A DNA stretch of 64,000 bases from Octopus sinensis (lineage: Eukaryota): contig NC_043006.1 in the NCBI RefSeq assembly GCF_006345805.1, positions 79,360,001 through 79,424,000 of the forward strand, read 5' to 3'. The position numbers were made by a program, and so were the translations under genes. Below are positions 1 to 10,712 of this stretch, piece by piece (position 1 is the first letter of the stretch; the number at the start of each line of letters is the position of its first letter). The notes under the pieces were generated by a model that was given only the letters and a program-made list of their open reading frames with translations, had not been told where the DNA came from and searched no databases.

Positions 1-183
1 GGAGGAGGAGAGTGAAGAGCAGGAGAGTGAAGAGGAGGAGGAGAGTGAAGAGCAGGAGAGTGGAGGGGAGGAGGAGAATGAAGAGCAGGAGAGTGAAGAG
101 GAGGAGGAGAGTGAAGAGGGGGACGAGAAGGAAGAGAAGGAGGAGTGAGGAAGAGAGGAAGAAGAAGAAGAAGAAGAAGAAGA
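1..183. repeat. Purine-rich GA/GAA low-complexity tandem repeat
   Basis: Repeated GAGTGAAGAG(C/G)AGGA-type units ending in (GAA)n; few pyrimidines on the + strand. Confidence 0.9.
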
Positions 184-261
184 ATCAACCCCAATATTGC
201 AATGGTACTTTATTAACCATAAGAAAGAAAGGCACAATATTTCAACAGAAATATGAAAGAT

Positions 262-620
262 GCAGGTATGGCTGTGCAGTTAAGAAGTTCACTTTGCAAT
301 CATGTGGGTTTGGGTTCAATCTCACAGTGCATCACCATGGGCAGGTTTTCATCTATTATAGCTACAGGCCAACCAATGCCTTGTGAACGAATTTCAAGAT
401 GGAAACTGTGTGGAAGCCCATTATGCATGTGTGTGCATGTGTATCTTTGTTCGTCCACCATCATCACCTACACCAACCAAAGTTGGTTTGTTTATGTCTC
501 ACATAACTTAGCAGTTCAGCAAAAGAGTACAAGTCTTAAAAAATATACATGTACAAAAAACCCTTTTGAGGCAGTGCTCCAGCATGGCCAGAAGCAAATC
601 AGTGCCAAAGAATCAATCTC
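262..620 (+). mobile_element. Degenerate tRNA-derived SINE, family A
   Basis: Colinear with the intact family A copies: tRNA-like head, GGGCAGG/CAATGCCTTGTGA body, TGTG tract and GTGCTCCAGCATGGCC tail. Confidence 0.75.
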
Positions 621-702
621 TGAGACCTTATTGATCTCCTGTTCAATGAATACAACAGTAACAAGAACAACACCCATCACAAATAGAGGGACCCCACCCC
701 CA

Positions 703-968
703 CCAGTCATGAATGACTATGGGATTGCACAAGTCTGGGCAAGATTGTTTATGGAAGACTAGCAGTCACCTATGCATACCAGCCTCTCCTTTCCACATTA
801 CCAATGTTGTCCAAGGGAAAGGCAAAGGGGCCGATACAGTTTGGCACCAGTGATGTCACAACTCATTTCTACAGCTCAGTGAACAAGAGCAACATGAAAT
901 GAGGGGTCTTGCTCAAGAACACAACATGCAGCCCGGTCCGGGATTCGAACACACTACCTCATGATTGT
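703..968 (-). mobile_element. tRNA-derived SINE, family B (CORE-like body)
   Basis: Reverse complement matches 38555-38895 (B-box-like GTTCGAATCCC, TGTGTTCTTGAGCAAGAC...GTAGAAATGAGTTG). Confidence 0.8.
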
Positions 969-999
969 CAACATTAAAACGCCTTTCAATATCACACGT

Positions 1000-1748
1000 T
1001 TACTCTTTTATTCTTTTACTTGTTTCAGTCATTTGACTGTGACCATGCTAGAGGATTGCCTTTTAGTCGAACAAATCGACCCCAGAACTTATTCTTTGTA
1101 AGCCTAGTACTTATTCTATCGGTCTCTTTTGCTGAACCGCTAAGTTACGGGGATGTGTGGTAAGTAGCTTGCTAACCAACCACACGGTTGCGGGTTCGGT
1201 CCCACTGCGTGGCATCTTGGGCAAGTGTCTTCTGCTATAGCCCCGGGCCGACCAATGCCTTGTGAGTGGATTTGGTAGACGGAAACTGAAAGAAGCCTGT
1301 CGTATATATGTATATATATGTATATGTGTCTGTGTTTGTGTGTCTGTGTTTGTCCCCCTAGCATTGCTTGACAACCGATGCTGGTGTGTTTAGGTCCCCG
1401 TCACTTAGCGGTTCGGCAAAAAAAAGAGACCGATAGAATAAGTACTAAAAGGTGGTGCTCCAGCATGGCCGCAGTCAAAATGACAGAAACGAGTAAAAGA
1501 GTATACCAGCACCAGTTGTCAAGCGATATTGGGGATACAAACACAGACACACAAACATATACACATACATACATATATATATATATATGACAGGCTTCTT
1601 TCAGTTTCCGTTTACCAAATCCACTCACAAGGCTTTGGTTGGCCTGAGGCTATAGTAGAAGACACTTGCCCAAGGTGCCACGCAGTGGGACTGAACCCGG
1701 AACCATGTGGTCGGTAAGCAAGATACTTACCACACAGCCACTCCTGGA
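1000..1748 (-). mobile_element. SINE family A, split by an opposite-orientation family A copy
   Basis: The 3' part at 1000-1154 and the 5' part at 1503-1748 are contiguous in the family consensus. Confidence 0.85.
1155..1502 (+). mobile_element. SINE family A (nested insertion)
   Basis: GTGGTAAGTAGCTTGCT...GGTTCGGTCCC head, CTTGGGCAAGTGTCTTC body, internal (TA)n/(TG)n, GAGTAAAAGAGT tail. Confidence 0.9.
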
Positions 1749-1891
1749 CCTATAGAACTTATTTAGTAATAATTGTTGTTGTTGTTGTTCTGTAGCCCTA
1801 GGCCAGCCCTGAGTGAGCAAAACTATGATCAACAGCATTTTGAAAACTACATTACACTATCCAATATACCCTTCCTTCTTTTTATGTTCAG

Positions 1892-3773
1892 TGACATAAA
1901 CACATAAAGAGAATTATATATTTGCTTCCCGTGCCAAAAAAAAGCACTCACCAAAACAAGTTCCATATCCAGGCAGCTGTGCCAAATTCTTTTCTACTCT
2001 AGGCACAAGGCCCGAAATTTTTGGAGAGGAGACCAGTCGATTAGATCGACCCCAGTACACAACCGGTACTTAATTTATAGACCCTGAAAGGATGAAAAGG
2101 CAGCTGTACCCAACGTCTTATTCTGTCCTGGCACAGGGTCGTGAAATACATCTTGGATGTCGCCTTTTGATGATGATGGTGATGGCGATGGTGGTGGTGG
2201 TGTGATGGCGATGGTGAGGATGGTGGTGATGCGGATGGTGGTGGTGGTGAGGTTGATGATGATGGTGAGGTTGATGATGATGGTGAGGGTGGTGAGCGTG
2301 ATGCTGAGGATGATAACGGTGGTGAGGATGATGATGATGGTGAGGAAGATAATGATGGTGGTGGTGAGATTGATGATGGTGGTGGTGAGGGTGGTGGTGG
2401 TGGTGGTGCTGCTGCTGCTGCTGATGATGATGATGATGGTGCTACTGGTGGTGCTGGTGAGGATGCTATTACTACTACCAGTAGTAGTAGCAGCAGCAGT
2501 TGTAGTAGTTCTGTGGTAGTAGTCATGGTCACAGAGTTGCCAATAGTGTCGGTAATAGTACTTAGTAGTATTACTGTGGTTGTAGTTGTGATGGCGGCAG
2601 TGGTGGTAGTGTTGTTGTTGGTAGATATAGAGGGCAATCCCAATAGCTGTTTCAATGAATATCTATAAAACTATAATTACCAGCAACAGTTGAGTAGGCC
2701 AACAAATTAATTAGGCAAAAAAACATTAAAAAAAATTTCAGTCATACACTAATGATACAGACAACAAACAGCTAACATGGATACAATAATTAAAAATTTA
2801 CTTTGACATCCTTTTAATTTTTTTTTTTTTTTTTTTGTTTCATCTAACGAGGCATATTTTCTGCACTGCAATAAAGACCTGGATTCTAGAAACTGGATCT
2901 TTTCGGTTTGAACGGCAGTTTTTAACATAATTTCTAGGTAACTAAAAAAATTTTAACTTCATATACTGGTAGAATGTGTTTATAAAACATCTTTTTCTCT
3001 TGGCTTTATTGAGAAAATTCTACGGTTTGTAAGATATTTGTTGTTTTTTTATCTTCAATTTCTGCAATTTCAACCAATCGATGACGTCCATTGAGGTAAA
3101 AAACATTCTGTGCCATATGAATATGTCCCTCGTTTAAGAAATAGATTGGGTTTATTTACATTTCTGAAGAAAAAAAGATACCCTTCCCCCCACCCCTAAC
3201 CTTAACCCTAACACAGATTGAAATGCAATAGATCGATACTAGGGTCATAATTATGGGTGACAATTTCATATGACACCGCTAGAAAATACTGTCGTTCAAA
3301 CCAAAAAGATCCTAGAAACTTTGACTGAATCTACTTTGAATTTATTGCATCCATAATTCCAAATTCCGAGTTCAAATATTGTCTTTGTCCACTCTTGTCT
3401 TTCATTCAGTCAAGTTTGAAGGGAACTGGAGGCTAACTTCTCCATCATCTTCATCACCACCATCACTACCACCAACACCATCATCATCCTCACTGCTACC
3501 ACCATCATCATCATTATCTTCTTCACTACCATCATCATCTTCACCACCACCACCATCCTCACCACCATCATCATCCCCACCACCACCCTCACCATCAAGT
3601 GGCCACAACCGAGATGTATTTCACGAAACTGTGCCAGGACAGAACAAGATGTTGGATACAGCTGTTTGGATGCTGACAATTTGGCACAACTGCCTGGATA
3701 TGGAACTTATTTTGATGACAGTGCTTTTTTTGGCACTGGAAGTGAGTATATAATTCTCTTTATATGTTTATGT
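1892..3773. repeat. Long inverted repeat (arms about 1892-2520 and 3440-3773)
   Basis: 1892-1987 is the reverse complement of 3678-3773, and 2101-2164 of 3601-3664. The (GAT/GGT)n tract at 2168-2520 mirrors (CAT/CAC)n at 3440-3597. The left arm is interrupted by a family C SINE fragment (1988-2100). Confidence 0.85.
2895..3312. mobile_element. Non-autonomous DNA transposon (MITE), Merlin-like
   Basis: Imperfect TIRs of about 28 bp, GGATCTTTTCGGTTTGAACGGCAGTTTT / AAATACTGTCGTTCAAACCAAAAAGATCC. Perfect 8-bp TSD TAGAAACT at 2887-2894 and 3313-3320. 5'-GG termini with an 8-bp TSD fit the Merlin superfamily. Confidence 0.8.
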
Positions 3774-4568
3774 CAATTGTGTTCAATTAATGAATTGTAA
3801 CATCTCTCTCTCTCTCAATGTTTCCCTCCCTCTGACTCTCTTCCCCTCTCTCTATCCCTCCTCTCTCTCTCTCTCCCTCCCTCACTCTGTGTGTGAACAT
3901 ATTTCTGTGTGTGTGTTTAAGTCTGCATCCAATTGATAAATTGCAATGTCTCTCTGTCTGTCTGTCTTCCAATTTCCCCCTCTCTCACTCTTTCTGTATG
4001 TCTACATTTCTGTGCCACATTCCTCTGTGTGTGTGTGTGTGGGTGTGTATGTGCATGCATGCGTGTGTGTAGATGTTTGCTTTCAGCACTTTAAAGTACT
4101 GTCTGCCAAAACCGGCTCAATGTCCAGTCCAGTCATGCCAAATCACCAGCATTCAGATTGCTGCACCCAATCGTGTCATGCCGAAAGAACAATGCTCCCT
4201 ATATCTCAAAACAAGCCCTGAAGACCAGCCTCTTTAACCTTGAAATATTTCTTGACATTGAAACGAATGGGGAAAAAAAAAAGAAGGTGGGGTACAAATA
4301 GTTAGTCTTAAATTCAAAAGCAATAAATATATTTACCGCTTTTCCAGAAGCTGTTTAAACAGTAAGACATGTATTTTCCCATTAAGTCTCATGACATCAC
4401 TATGGCAGTACATAAGAACTGATACAATTAAGCATTTCCCTCCAATAAATTGCTGGCCCTTTGCCTAAGTTACTCTTTTACTTGTTTCAGTCATTTGACT
4501 GCGGCCATGCTGGAGCACCACCTTTAGTCAAGCAAATCGACCCCAGGACTTATTCTTTGTAAGCCTAG

Positions 4569-4999
4569 AGACCTCAAGAGACAACAAGTTGAAGTTCATA
4601 TTGGGGTAATGCCTAGGGTGCCATATATTTGGTTTTGTACATAGTGTTGTTCTAGAGAATGTTTAAGAAACCATAAGAAAATTATGTTTGCTTTAAAACT
4701 TGAGATTACATAGAAAGTGTTCTGCGTAGGATAGGAGCAGTTCTCATTATCACCATCTTTTGAATTTCTGCCATTTAGGGGTTTCCTGGTATCTGAGTTA
4801 GGTAGCAATCAACCCCTTTTGCTATCATTCCCAAGGCACCTATGACAACAGGTATTGTTTTAGTCTTCAGGTTCCACATTTTGCTAATTTCTGTTTCAAG
4901 ATCTTCATATTTGCTCAGTTTTTGGTAGGTCTTGATAGATGTGTTTATATCAATTGGGACAGTCATATCAATGAGGAGGCATGACTTTTGTCTGAAGTT
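4569..4999 (-). mobile_element. R4/Dong-type non-LTR retrotransposon 3' fragment (restriction-like endonuclease, RLE)
   Basis: Translation CLLIDMTVPIDINTSIKTYQKLSKYEDLETEISKMWNLKTKTIPVVIGALG...TAPILRRTLS has the RLE K..KY..L and P...GALG motifs. The 5' junction abuts (TAA)n at 4999-5022. Confidence 0.85.
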
Positions 5000-5748
5000 T
5001 ATTATTATTATTATTATTATTAAAGTAGAGGAAACAGCAAAAATGGAATAAAGGATTGAATTCCTCGCTATACAAAATTATATCATAATTTCAAATTCTT
5101 CTTAGTCTTCTTGGGTTATTGAAATCTGCCCCAGTCAAAAAGACTTGTGTTAATTTTTACTGAGTGCAGGCAAACACAGTAAAGCATACAACGGGAAATA
5201 AATGCTTCACAGTATTTAGTTTCATGGTTCTACATTTCTTATTTCAAATCTTATTAACATCAACTTTGTTTTTAAGCCTAGGGAGAGAAGTGTGGGGAGT
5301 GGAGGTGAGTGAGGGAAATAGGTACCAGTGATATACAAGGGTCGATTAAAACAGTTGTTTTCTTACTGGTGCCACTACCACATGAAAAAAAAAGCATTCC
5401 AGACACAACATCATACCAAAGAAAATATGAGAGCTTCGTGCAGTTCTCTGGCTTGCAAGCTCCTGTTGTTGAACTGTCCGACCAATGCCAGCATGGAGAA
5501 TAGACATTAAACAACGACAATGACAACAACGACAACAACAACAATGACAAGGAGGAGGGGAGAGGAGGAGGACTCTTCCTCCTCCTCTTCTGAAAAATAT
5601 TGGTTCAATTCCAAGTGAAAACAAATTTTTCACTTGAAAGTTGCAGTAATTTTAATAATGCACCAACTTTAACAAAAAAAACATTTTTTTTTTTTTTGAA
5701 AATGCCATGTGAAACCCAGAGCCAAAATAAATACATTTTTCTTTTTCC

Positions 5749-5779
<31 letters not shown>

Positions 5780-6285
5780 TTTTGCTTGAGGTTTCAGAGG
5801 CAAATGAAATAAATAAGAATGAATTTTGTTTTTTTATTTAAAGAAAAATTTTATTTTATATCATTATGTTTTAAACTTTAAAAAAATTTTTTAAACATAG
5901 TAAAACAGTTAAGATATTTTGAAAACTGAGAAGAAAAAAAACAAATTTAAAAGAATTCATTCACTAATTGATGTCACATGCAAGATAAGAAATGCTGATA
6001 AACTTCAGACATAAATTATTTCTTTATTTCCTGATATATTTCTTTATCTTGTTTTATTTTCAGGGTTTCATTATGACCTTGAAATGTTAGGATTGGTCAA
6101 AATGGAGAGGAGGTGAAGACATATTTATATGATTTTGGAGGTTTATTTATTTTATATTTCTTTTTCCATGGCTAGAAGACTTCTTTATTTCACTAAAATA
6201 AACCACAGATAGCCACTATGTGATATTCACAATTCACCACCAAAAGACCAAACAGTGACAAACATTATATTTAAAATAAATAAAA

Positions 6286-6905
6286 GTGCAGGAGTGGCCG
6301 TGAGGTAAGAAACTTGCTTCCCAACCACATAGTTCCAGGTTCAATCATACTGTGTGGCACCTTGGGCAAGTGTCTTCTACTATGGCCTCAGGCCAGCCAA
6401 AGTTTGTGAGTGGATTTGGTAGACAGAAACTGAAAGAAGCCCGTCATCATGGCTCGCAGGACGGTCTGCAGTGCTTACCTTGGATCATAGGGTGACCTGC
6501 TGTGCTTGAGGAGACCTATTGAGTCAAGTACATCAACATCAAAATGAAAATCAAATGGAAATTGTAGATGTAATACGCATGCCAGTAGCACATAAAAAAC
6601 ATCATCTGAACGTAGCCGATACCAGCGCCACCTTGACTGGCGTCCGTGCCTCTGACAAGTAAAGAGCACCAACTGATCGTGACCATTGCCAGCCTCCTCT
6701 GGTCCCGGTGCCGGTGGCATGTAAAAAGCACCCACTACACTCACAGAGTGGTTGGCATTAGGAAAGGTATCCAGCTGTAGAAACACTGCCAGATCAGACT
6801 TGAGCCTGGTGCAGCCTCCTGGCTTCCAGACCCCGGTCAAACAGCCCAACCCATGCTAGCATGGAAAAGGACGTTAAACGATGATGATGATATATATATA
6901 TATAT

Positions 6906-6955
<50 letters not shown>

Positions 6956-7136
6956 CTGTCTAAGTTTGTCCCCTCATCATCACTTGACAACCAAGAGAGA
7001 CCAATAGAATAAGTACTAAGCTTACAAAGAATCAAGTACTAGGCTTCCAGAGAATAAGTCCTAGTGTCGATTTGTTTGACTAAAGGCGGTGCTCCAACAT
7101 GGCCACAATCAAAATGACTGAAACAAGTAAAAGAGT
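6286..7136 (+). mobile_element. SINE family A interrupted by an RTE 3' tail
   Basis: Head and body at 6286-6444 end at GAAGCCCGTC; the remainder is at about 6950-7136. Confidence 0.8.
6445..6890 (+). mobile_element. RTE-type LINE 3' end / 3' UTR (family D)
   Basis: AAAAAGCACCCACTACACTC...GTTGGCATTAGGAA...CCCATGCTAGCATGG...CGTTAAACGATGATGAT tail. The same tail is linked to an RTE ORF end at 54929-55440. Confidence 0.8.
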
Positions 7137-7152
7137 AATATGTATGTGTATG

Positions 7153-7189
<37 letters not shown>

Positions 7190-7266
7190 CAAAGAACAGG
7201 ATTAAAATAAACACAGAATACAGATTACTGGAAGGTAATGATATCCACGAAAACTCATAGTAACAT

Positions 7267-7570
7267 TGTTTGTTTCTTTCTTGAGTCACGCCTGGTTCAA
7301 AAGGACCGGTTTCCCAGTTTCCTTGGCGTATAAGTTCCCCACCTGGACGGGACGCCGGTCCATCGCAGGTGAGCTGCAAAATGCAGGAGAAGAGACTGAG
7401 AGAAAGTTATGGCGAAAGAGTTGGCAGAAGTTCGCCATTACCTTCTGCCAGAGCCACATGGAGCTTAGGTGTTTCGCTCATAAACACACACATCGCCTGG
7501 TCTGAGATTCGAACCTGAAATCCCTTGACTGCGAGTCTGCTGCTCTAATCACTAGGCCATGTGTTTCAAC
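7267..7570 (-). mobile_element. tRNA-derived SINE, family F
   Basis: 11-bp TSD CATAGTAACAT at 7256-7266 and 7571-7581; A/B-box head on the minus strand; (AAAC)n-like tail; paralogous to 57823-58131. Confidence 0.9.
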
Positions 7571-7849
7571 CATAGTAACATAGAAAATATGTATTCAGAA
7601 TAATGGTTAGCCAGTTGTTTTCTGTTGTAATTATTGCTGCTGTTGGTGTGTGGATTAAATGATGAAGGGTCATGGTGGGTTGTAAAACAAAGGACCATAG
7701 CTAGTGGCTAAGTGCGGAGGACTACGGTGTGAGTGGATGGACTATAGTGAAACAAAAGGAATGTGGCATAGCAAGTGGACTGCACAGTGAGATGAAGGAC
7801 TGTGGCAAGATGATACTTATGATTGTAACAAGGGTGGATAATGACAATG

Positions 7850-8160
7850 ATGTTTAATGATGGAGGATGATGATGATGATGACTGGTAATGATAGCAATG
7901 ATGGTGATGATCATCATGATTAAGATTATGATTATGATGATGGTGATGACGACGATCATGATTATGATGACAATTATGATGATGATAATAATGATGACGA
8001 TGATTATGATGATGACAATTATGATGATGATGATGGCAATGACGATGATTACGACAACAGTGATGATGGTGGTCGATGATGAAGGTGATGATGAAAGTAG
8101 TGATAATGGTAGTGGTGGTGGTGGTGTGGTGGTGGTGGTGGTGTGGTGGTGGTGGTGGTA
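7850..8160. repeat. Compound (GAT)n/(GGT)n microsatellite
   Basis: Read directly from the sequence. Confidence 0.9.
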
Positions 8161-8253
8161 GCATGCAACTTTTGTTTGGAAACTTGCTTCATTAGAGAAG
8201 TCATTTGTTGATTTGGGCTGATGTACTTTGCAACTATTGATCTAAGAATACAA

Positions 8254-8257
<4 letters not shown>

Positions 8258-8342
<85 letters not shown>
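8258..8342. repeat. (TG)n microsatellite
   Basis: Pure TG run of about 85 bp. Confidence 0.95.
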
Positions 8343-8346
<4 letters not shown>

Positions 8347-8496
8347 GCTTGCTTGATAAGCTATCATGAGATTATTGTGTGAAGATCAACAGAAATTTGT
8401 AAGCCAAAAAAATAATATAACAAGGTCATTAGTGAAACTAATTAAGAATAAACAAGTTTATGCGAAGGTCAGTAGTGTACAAAGTAAGAATAATAA

Positions 8497-8708
8497 CCCT
8501 TTATTTTATAGGGAGAAGGCCTGAAATTTTAGTGGAGGGGTCCAGTCGATTAAACTGACCCCAGTGCTCTACTGGCACTTATTTTATTGACCCAGAAAGG
8601 ATGAAAGGCAAAGTCGACATCAGTGGTATTTGAACTCAGAATGTACGGTTGGAAGAAATACTGCTAAGCATCTTGTTTAGCATGGTAACAATTCTACCAC
8701 CTCACTGA
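8497..8708 (-). mobile_element. SINE family C
   Basis: GAAAGGATGAAAGGCAAAGTCGAC...TTTGAACTCAGAA block shared with the other family C copies. Confidence 0.8.
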
Positions 8709-8709
8709 C

Positions 8710-8750
<41 letters not shown>

Positions 8751-8752
<2 letters not shown>

Positions 8753-9118
8753 GAGCACTCAGAGAGTGCAAACCTCTGCCAAAGCAACACCAACATCCTC
8801 TCAACGATTAGCCAGAGATGATTTTTAAAATGAGAATATCTGAAATAAACTCAACTGCTCTCACAAACGAGAATACTAAAAATGAACCTGACTGCTCTCA
8901 AAAATTAAGTGAAAAAACTAGAAAAATAATCCAAAATCTTTGCCCAGTACTGGATTAATCCATAAATCTAATCAGTTTGTGCCAGTCATGAGGCCAAACA
9001 TCCCTGAAAGTTTCATCTGAATTCATCCAGTGGTTCTTGAGATACCTTGTCCATGGAAAAACAAAGAAACAAACACAACTGAAAATAATACCTTTGCCTT
9101 CACTAAGGTGAAGGCAAT
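8751..9118 (+). mobile_element. Non-autonomous Helentron/Helitron-like element (HINE-like)
   Basis: 5' AAGAGCACTCAGAGAGTGCAAACCTCTGCCAAAG; 3' perfect 10-bp stem hairpin TTGCCTTCAC-TAAG-GTGAAGGCAA (9094-9117); internal ACTGCTCTCA duplication; no TSD. Confidence 0.55.
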
Positions 9119-9347
9119 GATGATGGTGGTGATGATGATGATGATGGTCATCCCCGTCAATTTCGATGTATGAGTGTTTTGAAGGAGAGGATTTAAATAG
9201 GAAAAACAAAAAGTTGAGAAAAAAAACAGAGAACAAGGAAAAAGACTTTAAAATGTTGCATCTATTTGTGATTGATAAATTAATGTAATTTGAGTCCAGG
9301 TATGGATTTTGCAACAAAATCACGAAGGAGACAATAACAACAACAAC

Positions 9348-9379
<32 letters not shown>

Positions 9380-9380
9380 T

Positions 9381-9914
9381 AATTCACAGACACGACAGAG
9401 TTGGGACCTACATACACTGGAAGCTATGCCAACATTATGGAATAACAACAGAAAAAAGACAGTATAAGCACACACCAGAAAAGGCCACAGAAAACGAGAG
9501 AGCAACCATACTCTGGGATATGCCAATACACACAGATAAAGAAATTAAGGCCAACAGGCCAGATATAGTTGTCAGAGATCATGAAGAAAAAAAAAATGCT
9601 TTCTAATTGATGTATCTATACCAGCAGATGACAAAGTGTCTCTAAAAGAAATGGAGAAACTTTCAAAATACAAAGACCTGGAAATAGAGGTGACTCGAAT
9701 GTGGAATCTAAAAACAGAAACAATCCCTATCATAATAGGCGCCATCAGGTATGATAAAAAAATATTCAGACAAATACATAACAGAAACACCAGGACTTAC
9801 AAACACATATAACATGCAGAAAATTGCACTACTGGGCACTGCACACATCCTACGCAAAACACTTTCAATACATGCTCAGTAGTGAAGTGAAAGCAAGTTA
9901 TAAAAATAAAACTA

Positions 9915-9918
<4 letters not shown>
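9381..9918 (+). mobile_element. R4/Dong-type non-LTR retrotransposon, 5'-truncated, inserted in (AAT)n
   Basis: Frameshifted translation HRHDRVGTYIHWKLCQHYG...ILWDMPIHTDKEIKANRPDIVV...CFLIDVSIPADDKVSLKEMEKLSKYKDLEIEVTRMWNLKTETIPIIIGA...LLGTAHILRKTL has the RHD, RPD, D and K..KY RLE motifs. (AAT)n lies on both sides. Confidence 0.9.
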
Positions 9919-9957
<39 letters not shown>

Positions 9958-9975
9958 TAATAATAATAAAAATAA

Positions 9976-10048
<73 letters not shown>

Positions 10049-10070
10049 TATAATAATAATAATTATAATA
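9919..10070. repeat. (AAT)n microsatellite
   Basis: Read directly from the sequence. Confidence 0.95.
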
Positions 10071-10668
10071 AAGTCCAGTATAATTTCAGTACTATTTAGT
10101 ATATGACCTTCAAAGTTTTCCTTACAAGGAATTTATGGTGTTTTTAAATGAAGGTGCAAATCCTCAGTTGGAAAATGAAAATGGCTAAAGCTCTCGGTTT
10201 AAAACTGAAAGTAGGGGAAATCTATAACAATGCAATTAATTAGATGTGTATTGCTGACATCAAAATAGTGGACAACAGAATGACAAGTTTGATTTTATGA
10301 CAGTTGAGGAAGACAGAAGAGAGTTAAACTGGCCACCTTTGACATAAGAGTTGGCAGAAGAAGAATCCAGCTCTACTGTTATGGGTCTGACATTGTTATT
10401 GAGAAAGTTAAAACAGAAACTTGTCTTATTTAATGTTTGTGTGTGTGTGAGAGAGAGAGAGAGAGAGGTGAAATGTCAATTCTTTACATGTGTTCAAATG
10501 CAGAGAAAAGTGTATGTTAAAGTGGTGGTGGTGGTGGTGGTTGCAGTGGTGGCAACAGCAATGGTAATGGGGGTAGTGGTGATGATGATGATAACGATTA
10601 CCAGAATTTCAGGAAAGGTGAAGTTGGTTTGAATTCACCCTTTCTTTTCAAAGTTTGAATTCATCCTT

Positions 10669-10712
<44 letters not shown>

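Noticed and set aside
12-386. Arg/Lys-rich protamine-like ORF
   Set aside because: Purine-rich simple repeat running into a SINE; GTG start.
2041-2655. 204-aa Ser/Pro/His-rich ORF (and its mirror at 3379-3753)
   Set aside because: Trinucleotide microsatellite translation, open on both strands.
3194-3211. Telomeric (CCCTAA)n
   Set aside because: Only three imperfect units, internal to a MITE; not a telomere.
6061-6120. Possible small exon (TTTTCAG acceptor at 6063)
   Set aside because: The polypyrimidine tract is good, but the donor is weak and no peptide is recognisable; unsupported without RNA data.
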